This document shows positions 10,413 through 23,850 of a DNA stretch of 64,000 nt, one piece after another. The position numbers and the translations under genes are program-made. The notes under the pieces were generated by a model. The model made no database searches. It saw only the letters and a list, made by a program, of their open reading frames with translations, and had not been told where the DNA came from. Source of the DNA: Dudresnaya verticillata (taxonomy: Eukaryota). The stretch lies in NCBI GenBank assembly GCA_977862235.1, contig OZ374557.1, positions 1,426,001 through 1,490,000 on the forward strand, in the 5' to 3' direction. Every line of letters starts with the position of its first letter. Position 1 is the stretch's first letter.

Positions 10413-13081
10413 ATGCCGACTTCCAACGGCGAGACCACCCGACCGGGATTGACCAGTCGTGGTGGAAGCCGTTCCGGCAATCTTTCCTCCGTAAGGACAA
10501 TTGGGACGAGAACCCGTGCAGCCGTCGCCGCTCTTGGCCAAAATCCTTTAGTAGGAGAAGTGGAACGCCCGCCCCGAATGGCGGGCGTTCCAGGAGATGA
10601 GGAAACACCTGTTCCAGAGAAGGGACAGGTCCCGATGAAGAAAACACGGTCAGGACCGCTTCCGCAAGCGCCGCCAACTACAGCGCGAATGAGGCTCCTG
10701 ACCCTAGTATGCCGCCGCCGCCCATCAGTCGGGCTAGCGAGCACGGGACGGGCGGACAGGCCCTAGAAGATGTGACGAAGTCATCATTGCCCCCGGACAT
10801 AGGGGTGCCAATGAGAACGAAAGCCAATTCGACCGACCAATGGTGTTTCTCAGAACTCGAGATAGGCCAGATGGTTGAATTGGGCATCGAAAATGCTCTC
10901 GTCACGAGCGTCCGAGCGTTGCTCGAGAGTCAAGCTGACGAAACCCTCTCGAGGGTGAAGCGTTATTTCGACGACTCAACAGCCCGCCGGGGCGATCAAT
11001 TGTTGGTAAAGGTCCAAGAAGAGATCGATTCTCGATGTCGACAAACCTCCTCTCGAGGAGTAGACGAAGAACGGGTCGAGACCCTACAAGCCCAGGTCGA
11101 TTCCTTGGGAGACCAATTAGACTTGGTCCACCAGGAATTAGACCAGGTTACAACGGACGCCGACCGTTCAAGACAAGAAGCCGCTTTGGCTATTTCAGAC
11201 GCCCAGTTGGGTGTCGACAAGACTCGTTGTGTTGAACAAGACAGACGCATCGAGCTCCTCCAACAGGAGCTCGATGCGGAGAAGCTTCGAGTCGCTATGA
11301 TAGCAGCACAAATGCTGCGACTCAACCGCGAAAGGGAAGTCGTCCCTGAGATAATACGGCGTCGTTCGCCAGTGCCTCGAGGCACGCGAGACCGTCGCAG
11401 AAGGTTACCCCATCACGGGTCAGGCCACGAATCTCAAGACGATGAGGAAATGGCCCGGTGTCCAAATCACCGGGGGTGTAATTGTAGCCGACCGAGTCAA
11501 CCTCGCTCTCGCCCCGATAGGTATTCTTGCCATCGACATTGCGGGGACCCCCATCAGGAAGCATACTCTACCTCAGGTCCGTCCGAGGACGAAGCGCCAC
11601 AGTCAAGAACTTTCTCCAGACCCTCCTGGTCTTCTTGGAAGGGACCCCAGCGTTCCGGTTTGAAGGAATTGATTCCGAGGAACCCTGCTTTCATACCCGT
11701 ACTCTCGTACAGGAAGTATAGGTCGTTGAACCTGGATGACTACCGGGGACCCGAAGTCACGGAGACTACGACGAAGAAGATAAAACGGGTGAAGACCGTG
11801 ATGAGAAGTCGCCGGTTCGACGGAAGTGACCCAGTATCCATTATTGGATTTCTCGCAACGCTGAAACGACAGCTGGACCAAGCTCACATTAGTGAAGGAG
11901 CAGCTATCCTTGTCATCCCAGAATTTCTGGAGAAAGATGCCAAAGACATGTTTCAAGCGAACTTCGACGCTGCAGGAGATGATAATGGTGGATTCACCGA
12001 GTGGGCGGAGGCCGTCAATTACCTTCTTCGCACGTATGCGAAAGACGTCTACATCGAGAGGATCGCCTCTGATATGGACACGATGGCACAAGAGCCGAAT
12101 GAGGACGAGGTCAACTTCTCTCGACGGTTGCAAAATCAGGCGCGACGAGTCGCTGGGGTCGACACAGAGCAAGACGTAATAACACGCTTTATTAGGGGTC
12201 TTCTCCCCGCGGTGAAACCGCTGTTAAGCACTACCTCTCTGGACCCACGGACTGCCCGTTTGGCAGATTATGTCGAGCTCGCCACCGCCCAGGGAGATTC
12301 TCATCGTGCCCTAGTGGGTGGTGGCCGATCGAAGAAAGCGACCTCAGCGCTGCACAAGAAAACCCTCGCAAAGGTACGGACACACAAACCTGGTCGGGCA
12401 CTGCTAATTCGCCAGTCGAGGCGGTCGGGAGCATCTGACTCCGAATCCTCAAAGAGTAGCGACTCTGAGGACGACAACGAAGATGCCGTCGTCGCGGCTA
12501 TAGATGAAGAAGCGCCACCATCAACGGCAACCCAATCAGACAGCTGGTCCTCCGGGCAGTACTCCTATGGCCAGCCATATTATGGCGAAGTGGATGCGGT
12601 CATCCAAAACTACAACCATAGGCTTCCAGCCTGGGCTCAGCCAACAAGGACGCAGGGTCCTGGATGGCAGACGGTCGAGGACCAACCAAATGACATCTGC
12701 TTTGAGTGTTGTGGTGTCGGCCATAAAAAGACAAATTGCCCTCACCTGGCGCGTACGGACGAACAGTCTTTGGAGACTCTAGAAAGGAGGCAGTTCCAAG
12801 AGCTCTCGCATGAGCAGAAGGCATGGTTGTCAACTGTGGGGCGACTTCCCTACTTCACAAATGGACCGGCCTCGACAGGCCAAGCGATTGGGCCACCAAC
12901 AGGCACGCGTCAGAATATGGGGACGGGCGCCGGCGGAAATAGGCAAGTTCAATTTCATCCGGGTCTGAATCACCCCATCGACGCGCCAAGGCAAGCGTCG
13001 CGGTCACCAAGACCAGGGTCACGACCCTTTCCGCCACCACCACCGTTACCACGGTCGCCCGCGCTCAAGGCGAAAAACTAG
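10413..13081 (+). pseudogene. gag: Gag; 1-nt deletion at ~10635 relative to A1, with a 790-aa ORF remaining from 10709
   Basis: FDGSDPVSIIGFL capsid-like motif; CFECCGVGHKKTNCP knuckle. Confidence 0.85.
13072..13078 (+). promoter_or_regulatory. Putative -1 ribosomal frameshift site G AAA AAC
   Basis: Immediately before the gag TAG; the -1 frame is open from 13078 into protease ORF 13252; stem AACCG/CGGTT at 13091-13104. Confidence 0.75.
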
Positions 13082-16000
13082 AGAGGGGGGAACCGGTTTC
13101 GGTTGACCCGATCACTCAGGTTACATCGGAACCCCCAAATCGATTCGCTGAACGCAGCTTCACTAGCACAAGCTTCGACAGCTTCTCCACGAATCGACCG
13201 GTTTCACGTGAGAATGTCGCTTCTGTTCCGAAGAACATCTTAATCCGCCCCATGGGCTTACCCCGTGGGCGTACGTATGAAGAGTATTGTAAGGACCCAG
13301 TCTGTTGCTTGTCATGCTACAACTATAAAGTTGCTGCGTCCGTTGGGACTTCTGTGGACAAACGCACTCGAGTACTATCCGTATTGGATACAGGGGCTGG
13401 CCCTAATCTGATCCGGGCGGAAGTTCTTTCTCCGGAAGAAAAGAAGCGCATCTCGACGAACAGGTCGATCGTCAACTTGACGTCTGCGTCAATTCATAGA
13501 CTAACTACACTGGGAACCATCTCGCTGGTTTTACGCGTGGGCTCATACACAGTTCGACAACCTTTTGTTGTCGTCAAAGCACTTGCAGTGGACGCCATCC
13601 TGGGATGCACGTTTATCGATACCCACGTCGAGGGTCTACGTGTTCGGAAACAGAACATCGTTCTCCGAGACGGGTCGATAACCCTATCCTAAGGCGCCGT
13701 TGCGGCATACCCCGTGAAGGTCCAACCTCAGAACCAATGGATGTCCCTCCTTTAACTACCTCGCGACTAATAAGCGTCGCCGCACGCACTAACTTACCGC
13801 CGGGCAGTGAGACATGGGTCATCGTGACCTGCTCGGCCCAAGAAACGCACTTCCTAGAATCATTTCCACAGTTATACGACCGTCAACACGTGGTCGTGAC
13901 CAACGGTATCGTCGATCTACAATCGAATCGGCTCTTCCACGTGAAGGTTGCGAACTTCCCGCCGCACATGCAGCAGCTTCAGAAGAATCAAAGCCTCGGG
14001 AAGGCTGCACCGGCGCCCACCCGGACGCCGGTGTACGCTGTTTCCATCAAGGAATCTGATCCTGGCCTCAATCCTGACACCTCCGTGTCCAGTCCTCAAC
14101 CGGACACATTCCCCGATGTGGGGGGGCGGGACTCGCTGCTGCTCTTGGTAGCGAAGGCGCGAAACCTGGAATTAAAACAGCAACCTCTACATCGTCTCCC
14201 ATGTCAGTCGATGACTTGGCACTGGAGCACCTGTCCGAGCCGGACCGTCGTCGAATACGAAAAATGCTCCAACCGTTCGCCGGTATGTGGGACGGCCAGC
14301 TGGGAACAATCAAGATGACGAAGCACCGCATTGAACTACAAGAAAGTTCGAAACCTGTATTCTCGCAACCCTATCGGTCGGGCCCGAAAGCTAGACCAGT
14401 CGAACAAGACGAAGTAGACAAGACGCTAAAAGAAGGCGTCATCGAGCCTGCTCGCACGGAGTTCGCAAGCCTCGTAGTTCTGGTCAAGAAACCCGATGGG
14501 TCCCTACGTTTCTGCGTCGATTACCGCAAGCCCAACGCTATCACAGTGAAAGACACTTATCCTCTCCCGCGGATGGACGAGTGTCTGGACTCGCTGGGAA
14601 ACGCCCAATACTTTACAACCTTGGATTGTAATTCCGGGTATTGGCAAATTCCAGTCGAGGAAGATGACAAGCACAAAACGGCTTTCACTTGCCATGCCGG
14701 ATGCTTCCAGTTTTGCACAATGCCCTTCGGGCTCTGTAACGCTCCCGCGACCTTTCAACGTACGGTTGATATCCTACTCTCCGGATTCAGGTGGAAAACC
14801 TGTTTAGTCTATTTGGACGACATCATTATATTCTCGACGACGGTCGACGAAAACCTCAAATACGAGAAGGACATTCTAGAAGTACTGCAAGAAGCAGGAG
14901 TTTCGCTGAAACTGAAGAAGTGCAACTTCTTCACGAAGAGCGTTGACTACTTAGGGCACGTGATCCGCCCAGGATTGCTAGAAGTGGCAACCAAGAATAC
15001 CCAAGCCGTCGAAGGGTTTAAGGAGCCGAAGACTCAAACCCAGTTACGGTCATTTATTGGAATCTGTAATGTGTACAGGCGTTTCGTGCCTAACTTCGCG
15101 CGCGTGGCGGCCCCGCCTAATACACTCCTACAAAAGGATCAGGGCTTCGAGTTGCCAACGTTCGACGAACGTCAGCGAGAAGCGTTTGAACTTCTCAAGA
15201 AAGCGTTAGTCGCTCCGCCGATACTGCGGCTCCCTCAAGAAGGTAAGGCTCTCTCCTTCGACACGGACGCCTGTGATTACCAAATCGGGTGGGCATTGAT
15301 GCAAATGGAAGAAGATGGCACCCGACATCCGATAGGGTTTTGGAGCCGCGGCCTAACGAAGGCGAAAAAGAACTACTAGGTAGGCGAGAAAGAATGCCTA
15401 GCAGTGGTCTGGGCAACGCGGATGCTTCGTCCATATTTGGAGCGGTCCCATCTCGACCTGTATACGGATCAACAAGCTTTAAAATGGATTATGAGCATGA
15501 CTGATGCTTCAGGGAGACTGGCCCGTTGGAGGCTACGCCTGTTGGAATATGATTTCACGGTACAATACCGAAAAGGAAAGAAGAATCAGATCAGATTCCG
15601 TCTCTCGGCTGCCAACCTACGGCTTTACCCAGTGGGAACCGGACATCGAGATCCCCTGTTTTGTAATCGAAGACGATCGAAGGGACGCCTGCGACGAACG
15701 GTCGCCAACGCGGAAACCGCGAACGGGTGCACCACCCCAACCCTTAGAGGTTTGGGAAGGCGAACCTCGGGACGACGACCCTTCAGATGACGAACAGCTA
15801 ATAGCTCAGGTGGCCGACAAGGAATCACCACAGAAGGGTCTCTCCCTCATAACAGTGGAGGAGCTGCTCCGAGAGCAAAAATCAGACGACTTCTGCATCT
15901 GGGTGCGGGGAAACCTCGAGACGGGTAAACATGGTTGCTATCTTGAGAATAGGAGAGGACTCCTTGTGCGCAAGTCGTACGTAGACCATGCGCTACAGGT

Positions 16001-17545
16001 ACTCGTACCTAGATCACTGAAAGAAAAGGTTCTACACCTAGCGCACTACCCGGAGTTGGCCGGCCACCCTGGTGGCACCAGGATGTATCACAACCTTCGA
16101 CGACAGGTATATTGGCCTGCGATGTCTCTGGACGTGTACGCGACAGTAAGGAATTGCGTCAAGTGCGCTCAAGAGCGCGTCCAACTTCGAAAACACACTT
16201 CCCGCATGAATTTATTCCCGACAACATTGCCCTTGGAATTCATAGGTATCGACATCCTTGGTCCCCTGCCCCATTCAGGCAAAGGGGACGAGTTCCTCCT
16301 AGTCATGACTGACAGATTCTCAAAGCTCACGCGGGCGATACCGCTAAAGACAGTGACAACCTATACGGTGGCCAAGGCTTTCTGCGAGCATTGGGTTTTC
16401 ATATACGGCCCACCCCGTGACGTCTTTTCGGACAATGGCACGCAATTCGCGTCCAAGTTCTTCCTCACGGTGTGCGACATCCTTCGAATTAGGAATATGT
16501 TTACGTCAATCTATCATCCGCAGACGAACGGTCAGACAGAACGATTTAATCGTACCCTCCTAGCGGGTCTGCGACACTTCATCGCCGAAGATCAGAAATA
16601 CTGGGACGAGTTTACCTCTGCGTTCAATACGCTACTGTAAATCGGGCTACAGGCCTGGCGCCCTTCGATCTGGTGTTATCTAACCCCCCGACATCCATCT
16701 TAATAGAACAAGCAGAGACAGTGGACGTCGACCACGTGCCGGCGACTAACGTTAAGAAGCGGCTGACTCTACGTTTAGAGAAGCTGATGGATACGGCCTT
16801 GCCGCGGATGAAGTTAGCGCAACGGCGCTATGAAACTAATTTCAATAATCGGATTGGACCGGCTAACCAGAAAGTGAGACCTGGGTCTTGGGTTTTCCTA
16901 GAGAGGGAAACGAAGGTGAAGGACGCTTCCGGTGTGGCCCGCGAAGGGAAGTTGTTCCCTAAGGCTCTCGGGCCGTATAAGGTTCTAGAACGTGGAACGC
17001 ACGTTGTCGTTCTAGACATCAAAGGAGATAGAGAGACGATATCTCTGGACCGGGTTACCTTGGCCCCCTCGCCGCATGAAGAACCAAGCGCGCAGGGTCA
17101 AGACCCTTCAGTGGTGGACCTCACGCCACAAGGCGCAAATGCGGATAGCGATCCTCACACCCCCGAGAGACAGGGAGTTACCGATATTACGGATAATCCG
17201 ACTCTCGCGGTGCCGCCTGCTGATGGGACATCCATACCAAGTCCCGAAGAGACAGTGGCTGCGGCCCCTCCCGATCCGGATCGCGATCCTGGAACCGCCG
17301 CGCCCAACACTTCGGCGACAATGCGGAACGACCCCTCTTCCCCGCGGAAGTTTTCTCGTTTTAAGAAAGCGCCGCCGCGCGAGCGAGTTTACGACCGCAT
17401 TGTGTCTTACGACGCCGATAGACGCCTCTACCGTGTTCGGTGGTTTCAGCTCCCAGCCTCCGAAGACACCTGGGAGCCCAAGGAACATCTTCCTCATAAC
17501 TTGGTGGCAAGATACCATCGAGGCAAAGGGGTCGCTCTCCCGTAA
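13078..17545 (+). pseudogene. pol: Pol (protease, RT, RNase H, integrase, chromodomain) with several frameshifts and stops
   Basis: LDTGAG, YLDD, DTDACD, GHPG...CVKC, DILGPL, SDNG, PQTNGQTER, YRVRWFQLPASEDTWEP. Confidence 0.95.
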
Positions 17546-18138
17546 TAAGCGTCTCACGCTAGGTCATCGCTCAAGAAGAGCAAATTCGCCGAAAAGAGGC
17601 TAGATCTGGCCCTGCAAACTCAGGTGGCAGTTGCGAATAAGCGCCTAACGAGGTTAACCCATTGCGGATGACGAGCACTACGCTCTGCAGTAGCGATAAC
17701 AAGAACGGCCAATGGGCCTGTGTATAACAATAGGAAATGGGAATGACCATTCCCCCTTTCTAGCTGATGAGCTGACTAACAACAAACTGTATAGATGGAA
17801 ATAGAAGAGTCAAGACTCTGGAAATGGATAGATGATTCAAGAATCGAGATTCTGGATAGATGAGCTGTACAGCTACCTGGATAGAGGCGAACCATGAACG
17901 TTGCTCGTATGAGGAACATGAGGATTTAGATCCTGAGTGAGGGCCTACGCCCGTGGCCAGCCCCGCTATAAGTTGACCAACTTCGTCGAAGTCCAATCTC
18001 GGTGACGCTGCTCGCGAGTATGACGCATGCGTGCACGCTTTCGCGCCCCCGACGGGGCATTACAGACTGAAATAGGGCCAACCCTTTGAGCGTCCATTAT
18101 GGCTACGACAGGAATGCCGAAGCAGGCGCGAAGAGCCT

Positions 18139-19400
18139 CTAAGATATGGTGTCTTCGTCGGGGGAAGGCATTAAGGCACTCAAATGCGGAGGAAAATCAC
18201 CGACAAAGTCGCAGCTCTTACGCAAACCACGCGGGTGATTACCTGGGGTGAAGCGGTCCGTTTTGCGATGACGCTCCGCAACGTTCTTCGTCGTACGACA
18301 CTTAGTCCATGGATTATAATGGATCCAATCGCCACAGGCGGAGTGAGTACGACTCATCGCGAATCGCAGACGGTTCGCCTTACGGCGATTGTTCGCATAC
18401 GGCACCATCGCCGGGTCGTTCCAATCGATCTCATTCGCAACAGCGCGCAGATTCCAGAACTCCTCGGCGTTCCGGGAACCGCCAAATATGTCGACCAAGT
18501 CAAGGCTACCAAGCTGGGCCACCACACGCAGGGGTAGATGGTACATACGGAAGGTGTCATACACCTCCCATAACCACGCATACGCCACGTTGGCGACCCA
18601 CTCCGTGTAAAACACGATCCAATACCTTCAATATGGGTCGGTCATCAGCTCGGAACCAAAATACGTGACACACGGAGGGAGCTCTACGGCGAAACCCTCG
18701 TATATCTCAAACTCTCGCCATAAAGGCGGTACCTTCACGAAACAGAAGGGTAACTTACTACGCTCAATGCGATCGACCTGCATGTCCTGGTAAGGTATCA
18801 ATACGCCCTTTCGGCGACGCGTCTCGCACTCCCACCGGATACAACGCTCCCAAAAGAACGTACCTGTACGATGCAAGTAACGAAAATCCGCTTTCAAGCG
18901 TACGCCTAATAGGTAAGCCTCTCCCAACACACGGTACTCAATCGACACGCTCACATGTTTGAGCGATAGCGTCCCGAGATGAGCACCATATTCGGCTTCG
19001 CCGGCTGTGCGGTATTGCCCCGCATCATAATTGAACAGGGGCGGCGTTAACGTCGACCCTGGATAACGCGTGAAGCGACGATACACGTCTGAGACGAACT
19101 GCGCGTGGGCGTCCGCACGCGATTGCCCCGCTCGCACCCAAAGCCATTCCGCAGGAACGGCACAGCGCAACTTCCATTCCAACGTCCAGACGACGCCAAG
19201 GGGAAGGCCCCTGGCAAGAAACCGCTAGTAGCGTAATGAGCGACCAATTCCTCCTCGCGCAAAGCCTCCTGGTCAAACCAGGGGGCCCGCGCGAAGAAAT
19301 GCGCGTGATCGCGAGGGTTCTTTCCGACGAAGTCGACCAGCGAAGCGTACACCGGCGCGGCTGAGGGCGCCGCCACCTGCATGCCATTGAACATCGGCAT
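18139..19400 (-). pseudogene. Antisense accessory ORF of A2 (~420 aa reconstructed; frameshift ~19200, in-frame TGA at 18628), unknown function
   Basis: Three colinear minus-strand ORFs sharing motifs with ORF 41938-44148. Confidence 0.75.
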
Positions 19401-19888
19401 GACGTCAACGACGAGAATATGTTCGCACCGACGGCGATGCCTGTACAAACGTCAAAGACGACTCGTGTTCTACGCCACTGACGAACGCTTCAAGAAGCGT
19501 GCGTCGAAGACGATTACTGTTGTAACGCCTCAGGCGAGGAAAAGAAACCCACGTCAACGATTTTCAGCTGCTGCGCCACTGGCGATGCCAAAGGCAAACG
19601 ACGTCGATGACGATTAAGTTGCGAAGCCCCAGGCGAGGGATATCCAATAGACGTCAACGACGGAGATCGTTATGCGCCACAGGCGGTGATGTCGGGGCAG
19701 CGTTAACGCAGTGGCCCAGACACAAGCACGCAACAAGTGCGAAGTTCTTACGGCACAGCCGGGGTCGCAACGCAAACGCGGGCGCACCAACATAAGACGC
19801 AAATGCGCGAGAGTTGGCAGGAACGAAGCGGGAGTGCGCACGGCAGCAGGTTGAAGGTCGGGCGTGTTCGCGTTTTGGAGGGGGGTCG

Positions 19889-20803
19889 TGTGGTGCAAGG
19901 GGAGGTGAGCCCTTTTCGCTGAAAGCGGGCAGCAACAAATACGTCGACCGACGGAGAAACCGCCACCGGCGCTCACCACCTCCGTTGGCGCGCGAACACT
20001 TCATCGACAGCTCACTGGCGCGCGCGCGCACACTGCGCGCCGCGCGCCACGCGGGCACTGTACGGTGATGGGCCGACATAGCGCCCCGGGGCACTGTAAT
20101 ACGGATCCAGATGGGATCCGGATCTGGTATCCAGATTGGCTATCTGGATCACCTGAGCTGTAAGATACGCGCCTGTAAGGCTGCGGGTGTTCGCATTGCT
20201 GGCCCGATCTGGATGGGATCGGGATCAGACAAGTATCGGATTAGATCCAAGGCGCACGCCCTACAGTATACGCGCGCGCACAGGTGCAAGGCACACGCGT
20301 CCACGTGTGCGTGTAAGCACCCACACAGGGGGTTGTACGGCAACCTGTCAGGCGCGCGGCTGCATGCGATGGGTGATCTGCCAGACGCACCTCGGGACGA
20401 TACGTGTCCCGAGTTCCCGCGCTACGCACACGCACCGCCGCCGCCGCACCGCCGTACTATACTTAGGTAAGCCGTCCCAGACGTAGTAGTAAACGCCCGG
20501 GCAAGCCGGCCTTGGTCCATACTTCCCCGTTCCGCACATGCGTACCCTACCGCTGCCTAGGCTAAGCGTCTACCTTCCGTGCTTCCACATCTCTACCCGT
20601 CCTTGACGTGTTTCCCTTTTGTTTCCTTTCTGTTCCCTTTTCCCTTCCTTTCCGCCTCGGGCGTCTACAGTCCTCCCAAGGCGTGTCCTCTGCTCTACCA
20701 CACACAAGCCGTCCAAGGCGAGGCTACTCACCGTCACGGGCGCAGCTACCCACCGAGCTCCGAACTGCTCGGCGGTATACCGTCTACAGACGTTTGCACC
20801 ACA
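19889..20803 (+). repeat. 3' LTR (915 bp)
   Basis: 10-bp inverted termini TGTGGTGCAA/TTGCACCACA; PPT GGAGGGGGG at 19877-19885; homologous to 55135-56020. Confidence 0.92.
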
Positions 20804-22531
20804 CGCCGGCTCTCTGATGTCGGTGAAGATCAAATGCCGCACAAAAACGAGACACACCTCTCTCACTTCTCGAAAAAGGATGTCTATGAGGCATTTGTCT
20901 CAGAACAGAAAGAAATGTTTGGAATACAGAACCCTGCAAGTACAAGATACTTTTTTGGCACATGGAACTTTTTCTTCCCCACAATCAAAGTCCGCAACAG
21001 AAAGCATTCAGGCTCTGCTATTTGTATGAGAAGACCAGACTAGGACTGACCAGGGCAGGGTCAAATACAGCAGCAGCACGACCGTTCCGTGTTCGTTGCA
21101 AGGTGCATCATCGATATGTGTACGAGGAAAGACTTGACTAAAAGCGGCGTATTGAGCAAACAGTTGCGTACCTGTCGCAGTACTGCTCCATTGTCGTGGA
21201 TGGAGCAGACCAGGAGAACTATGTCCTCCCGTTTGTTCCCATTAAGACGAAGGATTTGAGAGGGCATGGCATTCGGCTAAGCGTGGTGGGTGTAATGGAG
21301 CATGGCCGACCAAGCATTTATCCCTATACTTGAAGACTGACGACCACGCGTCGGGTGCAAATCATATGATAGAATCAATACATCGCATTCTGATGGCGAG
21401 ACATCTCAATGCACCTCTACAGCCTGTACGATTAGTGCAAATGGACAATTGCACTCGTGAGAACAAGAACAGATTTACGTTTTCGTACTTGGAAAGCTTG
21501 GTTGCCTGGGGAGTTGTACGGGAGGTTCAGGCATCTTTGTTGCCCATCGGATATACTCATTCCGATATAGACCAGGCATTCAGTCGCACAGCCACCAGAC
21601 TGAAAACGATGTATGCTGCAACAATGGATGAATTGGTCAACGAGCTGCGACTATCATACACACCGGAGCCCCACGTGAGCTGGATGGCACAGATTGTAAA
21701 CTTCTCAGGTTTGCATATGACGTCCCAGTGCCTTGGGAGCGTCGAGGCCTTCAGCATGTATCGGGTTTTCCGCTTCTACATAATTAGCGGCGATGCCAGC
21801 GGGCCGAATGCTCGCTTCCGAACAGCCTGCCAGGTCAAAGTCCAGTGTGGAGGCCCATGGTCCCCACTTCATACGAAAGGAGAACAATCGGGCTTCATAC
21901 TGTTCGCCCCGGACCTGGCCCAGACGCCCCCTACGAAGGCTAGATCGCCCCCGGACAGGAAGGAGGTTGGAGACCGTCTGCGGTGATTCGAAGCAAGCAT
22001 TGGAAGCATTGGTAAGACGGAGTCATTGCGAACCCTCCGAGATCACATCTACCGCGATAGAGATGAAACCTTCGGCTGAGAGCTAGCCACGGCTGTGGAT
22101 AGGAATGGACGGCACCAAGTAGCTACAGGGGAAGAGAATCAGGACGTTGAGTACATTCCTGATGACCACGACGCTGTGACAACAGTGGAACAGGCTGTGC
22201 CTTACACAGCGGACAGGTTCGTCGCTGTCAGGTACGAGGGGGCCACAATTCGTTGCCCTTCTATGCTGCCAAAAGTCTGGAACTGGTTCCAAATGAGGAC
22301 AGCTTGGAGCCGACTGACCTCAAGATCCGCTGGTACGATAAGGAAACATCTGGTGGCATATTCAGTGCCATCTATAGGCCTGCGTACTACCTTGGAGCGG
22401 AAAGCAGGAAGAGTTCATGGGAGGATACAGTCCCCTCTGGTTCTGTGTTCGTTGCGTTTGTTAGTCTCACCAAAGGATGCATGCCAGTAGGTGTGCAGAA
22501 ACGGCTCCGTGAGACACTAAACATGAACTGA
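20804..22531 (+). pseudogene. Sola-like DDD transposase remnant
   Basis: IVVDGADQ, QMDNCTRENKN and PIGYTHSDIDQAFS motifs in fragmented frames. Confidence 0.7.
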
Positions 22532-23108
22532 GTAGCTCAAGAATATATTACTCGATAGCCAAGGGTTCCTCTCTTCGGAGTTGCATTGTAAGCTGTGCTG
22601 CACCATTACTATGAAAGTTATTTTGAAAAGCTGTTCGGTGTCGGGTTGTGCGACACAATCGTCACCCTATTGCTGCGGTGCGTACGTTATTACGTGCGAT
22701 TGGGGCCAATGGATTTCGGCTACAGTCATGGCTCACATCAAGGACCGCCGCCGCCACTATTACCATGTCGGACATTCAGCACTCCCCAGACGCCAGCCCA
22801 AGCATATGAATGGACTTCAGGCCCGGAATGTTAAACCCACCGTCTGAGGTGGCCACTGTGACAGCCAATCTGGACGAGTCGCATCTAATTTGCCCCTTTC
22901 ACACTTTCGCGTCGAGCGAGTAAATACTCTCTGCTGCCTAAGGAAACAGAACGCAGAGAGCTTCACATGATACGTTCTTCCCCCTTACACCCTCCTCTAT
23001 CCTCCTTCTTTCACAGAACATAATGTGATCCGGTCATTCCTAATGGCATTTTTGAGTTGAACTGTACAGTGCCGGAGCTTGCGCTCGGGCTGATCTCCTC
23101 AGTCCATT

Positions 23109-23850
23109 TTAGGCGAGGCTCCTACAATTATTTATACCTGAAGCACAAGGCTGCGTCACCATACCCCACCAAGAAATGCTATTGCAGTGATTTTGTGGAA
23201 TGTGACAAAGACATGCATCGATATGGTGTAAAACATGTGATGAGCCGTGAAGTACGCTCAAAGCTATCTGGCTAGCTCGTAATGTTAGTCGTTCAGGTGC
23301 CGGCATTTCGCTCATGCGCCTGTGTCGCTCACGATGATTGAAAATAGTGCACGGATTGACCATATCTTCGTACATGGATATATATTTGGTGAGGAATCTG
23401 GCAGCCTTCCCTACTGCGGTTCCGCTTTGCGTTGCCTCAAGTGAGACCGAACCAGTACCAGTTCCCAGCGACGCAGTTGACTGCTTGCACTGCTGGACGA
23501 ATATGATCTTCTCGTACAGGCGGACTTTATCGGTCTTCATAGAGTTTAGGTCCGCAGTTAGTGTCTGAATTCGCTCCATCAGCTTCATGTTGTCTTCTTC
23601 CATTTCCATCGTTCTCTCCCTGAAACGATCCCTTTGGCCTGCCACAATGTCTAGCAGCAATGGGTCTTGGCGGTTATTGTTTTGAAGACCCTCTGCTTGC
23701 TCGTTTTCGCCCCAGATGCAGGTACTGTCACTGCCATACAGTGTACTGTTGCCGTCATTCTCTGACGTAATAATACCCTTATTCACACCATCCCCTCACC
23801 TCAGCTAGCTGCAGCTGCCCTCCACTTCAAAGATGAAGGCTTTCTTCTAC
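23109..23850 (-). pseudogene. Golgin CASP/Coy1 C-terminal fragment
   Basis: LLDIVAGQRDRFRER, DKVRLYEKIIFVQ, YEDMVNP; frameshift before the transmembrane-like MFYTISMHVFV; stop upstream. Confidence 0.75.

Larger units (their letters stand above)
10395..20803 (+). mobile_element. Ty3/Gypsy chromodomain element, copy A2 (lacks 5' LTR and leader)
   Basis: Order gag-PR-RT-RH-INT-chromodomain, then antisense ORF, PPT and LTR. Confidence 0.9.

Noticed and set aside
17760..17810. Hammerhead ribozyme (CTGATGA...GAAA)
   Set aside because: No stem II closing pair or stem III/cleavage triplet can be formed
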